In this document: positions 29,642 through 38,429 of the stretch, piece after piece | How the letters are laid out: every line of letters starts with the position of its first letter | How positions within the stretch are numbered: the first letter of the stretch is position 1 | DNA from: Candidatus Aenigmatarchaeota archaeon | Lineage (GTDB): Archaea > Aenigmatarchaeota > Aenigmatarchaeia > CG10238-14 | Reading direction: 5' to 3' | Assembly: GCA_018304545.1 (NCBI GenBank) | Contig: JAGVVZ010000002.1 | Location: 16,999-80,998 of the forward strand | Length of the DNA stretch: 64,000 nt | Notes under the pieces: model-generated | What the model was told of the DNA's origin: nothing | Databases searched by the model: none | The model's input: only the letters and a program-made list of their open reading frames with translations | Translations under genes and position numbers: made by a program

Positions 29642-32600
29642 CTCTTTGCATTTTTGATGGGTCTAACCCATCTTCACCTGGTATGAATTGAATTATTTTC
29701 TTTGTACAATCTCTAACAGTACCATCATATTCAACCTTTAAATCTTTTAGTGCACCTATGAGCCTTCTTTCCAAATAACCACTATGTCTAGTTTTCAATG
29801 ACTTATCCATTAAACCTTCTCTACTATTCATTGCATCAAAGAAAAATTCAAATGGTGATAGACCGTTTTTATATCCGTGCCTTACGAACCCTTTCGATTC
29901 TAAGCTTAAATCACCTTTTCTGAAATGAGAAAATGTTCTTTTATAATATCCTATTTTAATTCTTTCACCTTTAACAGTTTCTTGACCAATACAAGCAGCA
30001 CACTGAACTAAATTAATAATACTGCCTTTTGATCCACTTTTAGCCATTATTATAGTAGAATTTTCAGGAACTGATTTTCCGACAACTTCACTAATTTCGT
30101 TCAACAATTCAGCCGTTCTTTTCTTGATTGAAATTTCTAAGCTCTCTCTCGGCGTTCTTCCTATAACATCTAGTATTTTATTCTTTTTAAAATCTTGGAT
30201 TGTTTTATCAACCTCTTTTTGAACATCTTCAATCATTTGATTAATTTTCTCTCTTATTTTAGGATTTAAATCATGATCCGCGATAGATACGGTAAACCCA
30301 TATTTCATTAAAACCTCGAGAGATAATCTAGTTATATCGAATAAAAATTTCCTTGTAACTTCATATCCGTATCTTCTTTCTAATTCGTCTAATATTTTAC
30401 CCTTAAACGCACCTATCCCATTTTCATCAATAATACCAGACAAAAGTTTACCATTTTTTATAACAACATCCATATCCGCAACTTTGTATTCTAAATTGAA
30501 GTTTTTCGGCAAAAATAAACTGAAAATTTCTTTCCCAGTTAATTCTTTTTTATCTGGTATTTCAACATCTAAATCATATGCTCTAATTAAATTAACAGCA
30601 TCTTCCCTGTTCAACACGAACTTGTTTGTTAGGATAAAAATACCTGTTATGTGATCGTTTATTGCGCCTATAATAGGACCACTAAATCTTGGACTTCTAA
30701 TTTGTGTTATTGAATTAGTTAATAATTTAGTTTCTGTTTGTGCTTCTTTTGTTTGCGGCACATGCAAATTCATTTCATCTCCATCAAAATCAGCATTATA
30801 TGACGGAGCTACGACCAAATTAAATCTAAACGTATTATAGGGCATCACTCTCATTTTATGACCCATCATACTCATTCTATGCAATGATGGTTGTCTATTA
30901 AATACTGACCAATCTCCATCTTCGATTTGCTTTTCCACAATAAAACCTGATGCCAATTCATCAGCTATATCTTTCTTATTTAACTCTGTCACCTTTTTCC
31001 TTCTACCATCAGGCCTATTAACATAATTTATTGTGGGCCACTCCGGACATCTCGTTATCAATTCTTTTATTTTTTTGATGTTCCTTTCATTTACTACAAC
31101 AGGCAACGTTAATTCCTCTGCCACAAATCTCGGTATGCCAACTTCATTAATATCAAGCATCGGATCAGGACTTATGACGGTTCTTGCTGAATAATTAACC
31201 CTTTTACCAATTAAATTGCTTCTGAATCTTCCTTCCTTTGTTTTTAATCTCTGTGCCAAAGTTTTTAATATTCTACCAGATCTGTGTCTCGCTGGAGGAA
31301 CTCCAGAAATCTCATTATTCATGTATGTTGCTATATGATATTGTAATAACTCCCAAAGATCTTGAATAATAAAATCTGGTGCGCCTAAATCACTGTTTTC
31401 TCTTAATCTTTTGTTTATTCTAACTATATCGACCAATTTGTGTGTTAGATCATCTTCAGACCTTTCACCTGTTTCTAAAGTAATAGAAGATCTAACAGTT
31501 ACAGGAGGCACAGGCAGCAATGATATTATCAAATATTCGGGCCTTGTTCCCCTTATACCTAAATATAATAAATCCTCGTTTGGTATTCTTTCTAACCATT
31601 CTCTCGTTTCAACAGGGGTTAATAATGTGCTATCCTCTTGGAAGCTTGTTGGTTTGACAAATTTAATTTTCTTTTGTTTTTCTTTACAATGGGGACACGT
31701 GCTTTTGACTAAATGTTTAAGTTTTTTAACTGATATTCTTCCTGTTGCTTTGTTTTTCTCCGTATCTTCCTTTGTTATAAGTATTTTTCCACATTTTCTA
31801 CATGTAGATTTTAATATATTGTAAATAAGTTTCGAATAATTTACATGAACAATAGGCTTAGTCAATTCCAAATAACCGAAGTGGCCCTTGCAATCACCGA
31901 CAGTTCCACCGCAAGATCTACATCTTAATCCTGGATCAATAACACCTAATCTGGGATCCATAAGTCCTCCTTCTACAGGATATCCTTCCTGATCATATAA
32001 TTCTGTTTTGCTAATTTTACATTGAGAAATTTTCTTCACTAAATCTGGGTTTAAAACGCTAAATAAAATTTTATCTATTGTGTTCATTTCTTCATTCACA
32101 GTTATTTTAGGATATATTAGCATACTTCTTAATTCGTCCAAAAGAAGTTTGAAGGCATAAGACATTTCGACATCGATGATTTTGGTTCCTCCGCAAACAG
32201 AGCAATACTTTTTGTTTTTTATTCTATCATAAATTGCGTCCATACCACAGTCTTTGCATATCGGTATATAGGTTTTATCGGAATCAAATCTCTCTTTTAA
32301 TAATAACGATGCACCATGCGCTATTAAACAATCTTTTTCCATTTCGCCTAACCTAAGACCGCCCATTTTTGATTTTCCTTCTGTAGGTTGTTTTGTTAGC
32401 AAAGTAACAGGACCTTTCGATCTTGCGTAAATTTTATTTGAAACTAGGTGATCGAGTTTCTGATAATAAATATTCCCGATATAGATTTTGTTGTCAAACT
32501 GTTTTCCTGTTCTTCCGTCAAACATCACTTCTGTGCCATCATTATTGAAGTTATACGATTCCAATTTTTTCCTTAGTTCAGATTCAGGAATTGAATGGAA

Positions 32601-33881
32601 TGCGGGACTGCTAATTCTTTCTCCTTGTAAAGAAGCGACTTTCCCACTTAAAATTTCCAAAAGTTGTCCTATTGTCATTCTAGATGGTATACCATGAGGA
32701 TTAAAAATAATATCAGGAACAACGCCATCTTCAGTAAACGGTAAATCTTCTTGCGGAACAGTTAAGCCTATTACACCTTTTTGACCATGTCTACTGGCAA
32801 ATTTATCTCCTAGTTCAGGTTTTTTCAAATCTCTAATTAATGACTTAACTAATTTATTTCCTTCTCCGCTTTCTGTTATGAATACTCTATCTACTATACC
32901 TTCTTCTCCGTGTCTTATTTTGATAGAGGTTTCTCGAATATTTTCAAGTCCAGTAATAAATTGATCTAATCCTCCCAGAAATCTTAAAGGCGAAACTTTA
33001 GAAATAATTATATCTTCAGATTTCAAAGAAGTTTCTGGATTGGCGATGCCGTCTTCAGATAAGTGTTTATATGAATCCTCGCCTATATATCCCCTAACTC
33101 CTGGTTCAGGTATACCTATCACGTCTTCTTGACCGCCAAGATATCGTTTTTCTTCTGCTTCGTAGGCTCTAAACAAATATGACCAGAACATTCCCCTTTC
33201 TATAGACGATTTATTAATTACTATCGAATCCTCCATATTATATCCCATAAATGGCATAACAGCTAAAGTAACATTTTGACCACCGGGATGATTTTCATCA
33301 CTGACAATTTCATTCATATGAGTTTTAACCAGAGGAACCTGTGGATAAACAAGAATATTTGATTTAGTATCAGTTCTAATCGGAAAATTCAAAGAGTATA
33401 AACCTATGGATTGCCCTATCATTTTTCCTCCAAAATTTACTCTATCACCTCGATCGAACTCAGCAAAAGGAACTAAAGACGTGGCTAAACCCAAAATTAT
33501 TGTAGGATCCAATTCTAGATGAGTATGTTCTGGTGTCAAATCTTCCGGTCTTAAAGCAACATATGCGTTTTCTTCTTCTTCTGTATCAAGATATTCAATT
33601 ACACCACTGTTTATCAAATCTGACCATTTCATTTTTCCTTTTTGAACATTTTCCACGTGTTCTTTAGTTAATTTGGGCTTGCCGTCTTCGACTACTATGA
33701 CAGGCCTTCTTGCACGACCAGCATCAGTAAGAACAGTTACAACATCTAAATGATCCAAATAAACAACATTTACTTGATTCGATAATTGACCTTTTCTTCT
33801 CATTTCTCTTATTGAATTCACTAATTTTTCAGGTGATTTCAAGTTGCCGATGTATCTCCCATCTACAAATAAATCTGTCAT
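29598..33881 (-). CDS. rpoB1-rpoA1: Single 1427-aa ORF encoding RNA polymerase subunit B' (residues ~1-597) fused in frame to subunit A' (from Met ~599)
   Basis: B' C-terminus ..CSVCGGTKIIDVEMSYAFKLLLDELRSMLIYPKITVNEE runs directly into the A' N-terminus MNTIDKILFSVLNPDLVKK...LMDPRLGVIDPGLRCRSCGG. The Met codon is at 32087-32085 (minus strand). There is no stop codon between the two. Confidence 0.8.
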   Translation of the reverse strand: MTDLFVDGRYIGNLKSPEKLVNSIREMRRKGQLSNQVNVVYLDHLDVVTVLTDAGRARRPVIVVEDGKPKLTKEHVENVQKGKMKWSDLINSGVIEYLDTEEEENAYVALRPEDLTPEHTHLELDPTIILGLATSLVPFAEFDRGDRVNFGGKMIGQSIGLYSLNFPIRTDTKSNILVYPQVPLVKTHMNEIVSDENHPGGQNVTLAVMPFMGYNMEDSIVINKSSIERGMFWSYLFRAYEAEEKRYLGGQEDVIGIPEPGVRGYIGEDSYKHLSEDGIANPETSLKSEDIIISKVSPLRFLGGLDQFITGLENIRETSIKIRHGEEGIVDRVFITESGEGNKLVKSLIRDLKKPELGDKFASRHGQKGVIGLTVPQEDLPFTEDGVVPDIIFNPHGIPSRMTIGQLLEILSGKVASLQGERISSPAFHSIPESELRKKLESYNFNNDGTEVMFDGRTGKQFDNKIYIGNIYYQKLDHLVSNKIYARSKGPVTLLTKQPTEGKSKMGGLRLGEMEKDCLIAHGASLLLKERFDSDKTYIPICKDCGMDAIYDRIKNKKYCSVCGGTKIIDVEMSYAFKLLLDELRSMLIYPKITVNEEMNTIDKILFSVLNPDLVKKISQCKISKTELYDQEGYPVEGGLMDPRLGVIDPGLRCRSCGGTVGDCKGHFGYLELTKPIVHVNYSKLIYNILKSTCRKCGKILITKEDTEKNKATGRISVKKLKHLVKSTCPHCKEKQKKIKFVKPTSFQEDSTLLTPVETREWLERIPNEDLLYLGIRGTRPEYLIISLLPVPPVTVRSSITLETGERSEDDLTHKLVDIVRINKRLRENSDLGAPDFIIQDLWELLQYHIATYMNNEISGVPPARHRSGRILKTLAQRLKTKEGRFRSNLIGKRVNYSARTVISPDPMLDINEVGIPRFVAEELTLPVVVNERNIKKIKELITRCPEWPTINYVNRPDGRRKKVTELNKKDIADELASGFIVEKQIEDGDWSVFNRQPSLHRMSMMGHKMRVMPYNTFRFNLVVAPSYNADFDGDEMNLHVPQTKEAQTETKLLTNSITQIRSPRFSGPIIGAINDHITGIFILTNKFVLNREDAVNLIRAYDLDVEIPDKKELTGKEIFSLFLPKNFNLEYKVADMDVVIKNGKLLSGIIDENGIGAFKGKILDELERRYGYEVTRKFLFDITRLSLEVLMKYGFTVSIADHDLNPKIREKINQMIEDVQKEVDKTIQDFKKNKILDVIGRTPRESLEISIKKRTAELLNEISEVVGKSVPENSTIIMAKSGSKGSIINLVQCAACIGQETVKGERIKIGYYKRTFSHFRKGDLSLESKGFVRHGYKNGLSPFEFFFDAMNSREGLMDKSLKTRHSGYLERRLIGALKDLKVEYDGTVRDCTKKIIQFIPGEDGLDPSKMQRGGINVERIANELFR

Positions 33882-35368
33882 ATTGAATTACCCATATTTT
33901 TTTCGATGATATTTTGTAAAATTTTTTGATCTTTTTCAGGTATACCTGTCGTGATTTGAGCCGCAACTGCTAAATATTTTCTTAATCCGATTGTTGCACC
34001 TTCTGGTGTTTGTGATGGATCAATTTTTCCCCAGTGTGATGGATAAAGTTCTCTGGCCTCGAAATGTTCTTGTGTCGATGTCAAAGGTGATAGGACATTT
34101 CTTGCATGCGACAGTGATTTTATAAAACTACTTCTTTCTAATCTTTGAGAAACGCCTGTTCTTCCTCCGACCCAAGATCCAATTGCTATGGCAGAAACTA
34201 TCTGATTGGTCAATACATTGGATTCAACTATAGAAGGTAATGGTGGGAATCTTCCTCTTTTGGTTAGTTTTTGGTAGTTATAAGTTATTCTCGTGATTAA
34301 ACCCCACTTACCAAGTAATATAGATCTGAAAAGAACTTCAAGTAAATCGCCTGATAATCTTAATCTTTTATTTGAGTAATGATCCAAATCGTCTTTAGGT
34401 ATTTTCTTCAAATGAAAACGTAAGATTTTTTCTATGGCTTTTGATAAAAATATTGCTTTATCAATTCTGTCTTTTTTTTCTTGACCTAAATGTGGGAGTA
34501 AGTACTTATCAAGTAATTTATTAACTCTATCTTGTCTATATTCTTTTTGCATTATTTTTAAGAAATCCGCAATTTCTTCTATCGCTTCTTTTGATGTCGC
34601 TGCTTCAGTTTCAAAAAGATTAGGGTAAAATTCTTGTTCGATTTCTGGATCTGCGGATACAGAAGTAATAATATCTCTGTCTGGTTCTAAACCGAGCGCC
34701 CTTAATAAGACTACTACTGATAATTTATTAACATTAGCAAAATTAATTTTTATTATACCATCTGTTTTTCTTTCGATTATATGTCTTTGTATATATCCAT
34801 CTTTTTCGGAATGAATTCTTGCAACTTCAGAAATATTGGGTGTTTTCGTTTTTTCCACCAAAATTCTGTTAGGTGCAATCTCTTCAATTAGAACTAAAAC
34901 TCTTTCTGTTCCATTTATAATAAAATAACCGCCCGGATCATCGGGATCTTCACCTGCCTGTATCAATTCTTGTTTATTCAATGTAGATAAGGGACAAATT
35001 TTAGATTTTAGCATAACAGGCAAATCGCCAAAATTGACTAGTATAGTTTCACTTTCGATGCCATTTAAAACCGGTGTCATCTCTACAAACATCGGAGCAG
35101 CATAAGTAAGATTTCTAACTCTGGCTTCAAGAGGATATGTGTTTCTAACCGATCCATCTGCCTCTTTTACAGATGGTGTGCCCAATTTAAATTTGCCTAG
35201 TTTAATCTTAAATTCGCCTAGATCTGGTACTTCTGGCTTAATTTCTTTTATTTGTCTTATGATGTTTGGAATTCTGTTTGTGATAAAATCATCATAGGAA
35301 TCAATTTGAAATTTAACAAAACCTTGTTCGTCTGAAAATGCCTTCAATAAATCAATATATTCTTTCAT
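33878..35368 (-). CDS. rpoB2: DNA-directed RNA polymerase subunit B''
   Basis: 496 aa N-terminal half of the B subunit; ATGA overlap with the downstream B' start. Confidence 0.9.
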   Translation of the reverse strand: MKEYIDLLKAFSDEQGFVKFQIDSYDDFITNRIPNIIRQIKEIKPEVPDLGEFKIKLGKFKLGTPSVKEADGSVRNTYPLEARVRNLTYAAPMFVEMTPVLNGIESETILVNFGDLPVMLKSKICPLSTLNKQELIQAGEDPDDPGGYFIINGTERVLVLIEEIAPNRILVEKTKTPNISEVARIHSEKDGYIQRHIIERKTDGIIKINFANVNKLSVVVLLRALGLEPDRDIITSVSADPEIEQEFYPNLFETEAATSKEAIEEIADFLKIMQKEYRQDRVNKLLDKYLLPHLGQEKKDRIDKAIFLSKAIEKILRFHLKKIPKDDLDHYSNKRLRLSGDLLEVLFRSILLGKWGLITRITYNYQKLTKRGRFPPLPSIVESNVLTNQIVSAIAIGSWVGGRTGVSQRLERSSFIKSLSHARNVLSPLTSTQEHFEARELYPSHWGKIDPSQTPEGATIGLRKYLAVAAQITTGIPEKDQKILQNIIEKNMGNSI

Positions 35369-35369
35369 T

Positions 35370-35615
35370 TCATCGCTCCACTACTAGTCTATAATAAGGT
35401 GTTTCTTTAGCAGTTACACTCTTTCTTGTTATTTTTATTAAATCTCCAGGCTTAGCATCTATCAATTGTATAGCGGGATCTGTGTGTGAGATGGTTGGAA
35501 ATTGGCTCAATTTTTTTATTTTGTATTTTTCAATCACTTCTTGTTTTTCCACATCAGATAAAATAATATGCTGTGGTACAAGTTCGTGATCCAGTATATT
35601 CACTTTTGGTTTCAA
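35370..35615 (-). CDS. rpoH: DNA-directed RNA polymerase subunit H
   Basis: 81 aa Rpb5-like; apparent TTG start (minus-strand TTG AAA CCA AAA GTG...). Confidence 0.8.
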   Translation of the reverse strand: MKPKVNILDHELVPQHIILSDVEKQEVIEKYKIKKLSQFPTISHTDPAIQLIDAKPGDLIKITRKSVTAKETPYYRLVVER

Positions 35616-35630
35616 TACACCACCTTAACA

Positions 35631-35734
35631 CGCCCTGGTCGGGATTTGAACCCGAGTCCTAGGAGTGACAGTCCTAGATTCTACAACATCATGAAATAAT
35701 AATGTTTTGATAGGCCAGGCTACACCACCAGGGC
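35631..35734 (-). tRNA. tRNA-Asp(GTC) with a ~30-nt insertion between D-arm and anticodon stem (non-canonical intron; exact boundaries unresolved)
   Basis: Minus-strand read: GCCCTGG-TG-GTGTAGCCTGGCCTATCA-[aaaacattattatttcatgatgttgtagaatc]-TAGGA-CTGTCAC-TCCTA-GGAC-TCGGG-TTCAAAT-CCCGA-CCAGGGC-G. Good acceptor, anticodon arm (GUC) and T-arm. Confidence 0.6.
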
Positions 35735-35820
35735 TCACTAAGTAAGTAAATAGAAAATTAGAATGTGAAGGAACTGAGTTGGGGGTAGCTTTAATCAATA
35801 AATGGTCACCATTATGATAT

Positions 35821-35938
35821 GAGTTGGCAACGTCCTGAACTTCCCACCCAAAGGCAGTACAACTCAGATCACCGAAAAACTTAACTTCCGTGTTCGAAAT
35901 GGGAACGGGTGTTTCCTTTTCGTTTTGGTCGCCAACTC
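35821..35938 (-). rRNA. rrf: 5S ribosomal RNA (standalone, not linked to 16S/23S in this window)
   Basis: Minus-strand sequence GAGTTGGCGACC...CACCCGTTCCCATTTCGAACACGGAAGTTAAG...GTTGCCAACTC. It carries the universally conserved 5S loop-C/helix-III block and complementary termini (helix I). Confidence 0.85.
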
Positions 35939-36057
35939 AATAAATATATTTCTATCTCTATTTATGTGTTCAAATATTCACAGAAATAGCTCTCAAGATT
36001 TAAATAGTTTACTGTTTTATGGCTCTGTAAATCCCTGTTTTTAAAACAGATATTAAA

Positions 36058-36173
36058 TCCCCCCGGCCGGAGTTGAACCAGCAACATCACGGTATCTATT
36101 GAGCCCATGCTGGTGACAAACACATAATGTGCTCGTCTACAGCCGTGCGCTCTGCCAGTTGAGCTACAGGGGG
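36058..36173 (-). tRNA. tRNA-Tyr(GTA) with a ~43-nt canonical (37/38) intron
   Basis: CCCCCTG-TA-GCTC-AACTGGCA-GAGC-G-CACGG-CTGTAG[intron acgagcac...caatagat]A-CCGTG-ATGTT-GCTGG-TTCAACT-CCGGC-CGGGGGG-A; acceptor has one G-U pair. Confidence 0.8.
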
Positions 36174-36208
36174 TCAATATAGAAATATTAGGATGGTTAT
36201 ACTTTAAA

Positions 36209-37627
36209 TTAGTTCTTATTTTTATTAACTGGAACGATTCTAGAAGCAATTTTCCCTATTATACCGCCCTTACCTTCGTAAGTCATATGAACTTTTGGCA
36301 GTTTAAATCCACCTAAAATTTCCATTAATGGAATTATATTATAAGTTAAAACGACTTCTTCATAGGGTTTTATTTTATCTATATGCCATGTCAGTCTCGT
36401 CCCTTTTGTTGTCATCTTTATATCAGGTGTTAAAGTATCGAATCTTTTAACGACTTTAGCAACAGATGGAACTAAATCTCTTATAACAATATCTCTTATT
36501 TCTAAAGGAGATTTATTTTTGACGTGTAAAGATATCGTAACCTCCTTTCCGTGAGACAGTGGTGTTATATGTTTTTTATGGACTGTTGGTCTAAAGAATA
36601 TATGATATAAAATAAACATGAAAAACACAAGAATCAATGTGCCTATTATCGCATTTTGAAATCTAAGCTGGTATATAATTACTCTAGACTGATTTGGATC
36701 TAAATTTGAAATTCTCCATTCATAGATTACTCTATTATCTTTTATAGTTTCTGAACTTGGTTCTAATTCTGGATAAAAGAAATATTTCATAATAACTGGT
36801 ATGGATTCTGTAATAGTGTATTCCGAATCTGGTATATTCCCGTTGTTAGTCAACGTTATTGATACTACAATAAAAGTTATATTATAATCGATTTTTTTAG
36901 ATTTCACAAAATTTGTTTTTTCGTTCACTCTAAAGGTTGTCTCTTTATCATCTAAAACATTATTAAGTATGTCTTTGAGTTCAACTAGAATTTTAAACTC
37001 GCCATAACCATAGGGATTTAGTATTTGCAAATCATTTGTTATTGTTTTTGTACTATCTGGATCTATCCTAACTTGATCCTCAAATTTGTCAATTAATAAA
37101 TTGTTTTTAAAAATTTTTGTCGTAACTAAAACGTCTTTATATTTAACTTCATTAAGGTTTGTTATTACTGGTTGTATTATTAAAGTTTCTTCTGTATTCA
37201 AAACTTGCGAATTTGTTTTCAACTCTGATAAATATACTTCATATTCCCTCTTAAAGTTGAAGAGAAAATCCTTTGAATTAGATTTAGAAGTAGCGACAGA
37301 AGTGGCAGAAAACGTATAAAGAAACACTCCTTTTTGTGTATTTCTGGGGGGGTCCAATACGACTAAAAATTCTCCTATTTCGCCTGGCCCAAGCGTTACC
37401 GAATATTTATCAATTGACGTCCACTGATTTGGCCAAACCGAAACATAAAACGTATCTAAATTTTCCGCAGTATTCTTAATGGTCAGTTTAACGTTATTTT
37501 TCTGTCCCATATATATAGTGTAGATACTTTCGGGGCCACCTATTTCTATATCAGCATATACAAAATTTAGGATAAACATATAAGCAAACAAAATTCCTAA
37601 GAAATATTTTGTATTCAATATTACCAC
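36209..37627 (-). CDS. Signal-peptide-bearing surface protein with C-terminal TM anchor, hypothetical
   Basis: 472 aa: N-terminal signal peptide, long beta-rich extracellular region, TM helix (..IGTLILVFFMFILYHIFF..), ~120-aa cytoplasmic tail. Confidence 0.35.
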   Translation of the reverse strand: MVILNTKYFLGILFAYMFILNFVYADIEIGGPESIYTIYMGQKNNVKLTIKNTAENLDTFYVSVWPNQWTSIDKYSVTLGPGEIGEFLVVLDPPRNTQKGVFLYTFSATSVATSKSNSKDFLFNFKREYEVYLSELKTNSQVLNTEETLIIQPVITNLNEVKYKDVLVTTKIFKNNLLIDKFEDQVRIDPDSTKTITNDLQILNPYGYGEFKILVELKDILNNVLDDKETTFRVNEKTNFVKSKKIDYNITFIVVSITLTNNGNIPDSEYTITESIPVIMKYFFYPELEPSSETIKDNRVIYEWRISNLDPNQSRVIIYQLRFQNAIIGTLILVFFMFILYHIFFRPTVHKKHITPLSHGKEVTISLHVKNKSPLEIRDIVIRDLVPSVAKVVKRFDTLTPDIKMTTKGTRLTWHIDKIKPYEEVVLTYNIIPLMEILGGFKLPKVHMTYEGKGGIIGKIASRIVPVNKNKN

Positions 37628-37658
37628 TATAAATATTTGGTTTTTATATATTAAATTT

Positions 37659-38375
37659 CTATTTTGCTAAATTCTTGATAAATTTCACGACTTTTTTTGA
37701 AATTGGTTCAGGCGTTGTTTCTTTTTTTTGAGGTTTTTGTTCTATTTTATTTTTTATACTTTGTTCAGTATCTTTTACATACTCATATAAAGATTTGAAA
37801 TTAAACCTACTTTGTTTCCCATATTTTTTGAACCAAGACCATTCTCTTCTACAAAGTTCTTCCCAAGTTATATTCTCTAAAGGTATTATATTGGGTCTTT
37901 GGACATTCTCTGAAGGATATGGAAAGCCGAGTGTTATTATGCCGACTGGTGTGAGAGACGGTGGTATATCTAAAAGTGTCTTAATTTTGTCATCCTCAAA
38001 AGCATGAACCCATGATGCACCTAAACCCAAAGCATGAACTGTTAATAACATGTTCTGAATACAGGCTGCCGTATCTTGTATTGCATATAAAATCTTGCCC
38101 CTTTCTCCAAATTTTGTTGTGATTCTATCTATATTGGCGCAAACCACAATTAACACAGGCGCTTCTTCAACATGTCTTTGTTTCAGGGAAGCTTCTGAAA
38201 TTTCTTTTTTCATTTTTTTATCTCTAACTATAATAAATTCCCATGGCTGAATATCACCAGTTGAACATGCATAAGTACCGCCCATTATAATATGCGCAAT
38301 CAATTCTTCAGGAACGTCTTTTTTATCATAATTTTTAATCGTAGTTCTAGATTCTATTATCTCAAAAACATCCAT
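37659..38375 (-). CDS. Nitroreductase-family FMN-dependent oxidoreductase
   Basis: ..IESRTTIKNY.., ..PWEFIIV.., ..LLTVHALGLGASWV.. nitroreductase fold signatures; Lys-rich C-terminal tail. Confidence 0.65.
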   Translation of the reverse strand: MDVFEIIESRTTIKNYDKKDVPEELIAHIIMGGTYACSTGDIQPWEFIIVRDKKMKKEISEASLKQRHVEEAPVLIVVCANIDRITTKFGERGKILYAIQDTAACIQNMLLTVHALGLGASWVHAFEDDKIKTLLDIPPSLTPVGIITLGFPYPSENVQRPNIIPLENITWEELCRREWSWFKKYGKQSRFNFKSLYEYVKDTEQSIKNKIEQKPQKKETTPEPISKKVVKFIKNLAK

Positions 38376-38429
38376 ATTATCTCTATTCTTTTTAGTAATT
38401 TAATCTATTAAAAGACTAAGTAAAAAATA

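Noticed and set aside
29103-32697. Several 60-140-aa ORFs inside or antisense to rpoA''/rpoB'-A' (29103..29396, 31411..31824, 32488..32697) and similar ones inside EF-2, polB, ThrRS and GluRS
   Set aside because: Embedded in strongly conserved genes on the opposite strand or other frames; AT-rich antisense frames commonly stay open.
35735-36057. Possibility that the tRNA-Asp/tRNA-Tyr spacer holds an SRP or RNase P RNA
   Set aside because: The conserved block there matches 5S rRNA (loop C, ~118 nt with paired ends); the remaining spacer is too short for either RNA.
35962-36249. Minus-strand 95-aa ORF
   Set aside because: Overlaps tRNA-Tyr (36058-36173) and the spacer before the 5S rRNA; no coding features.
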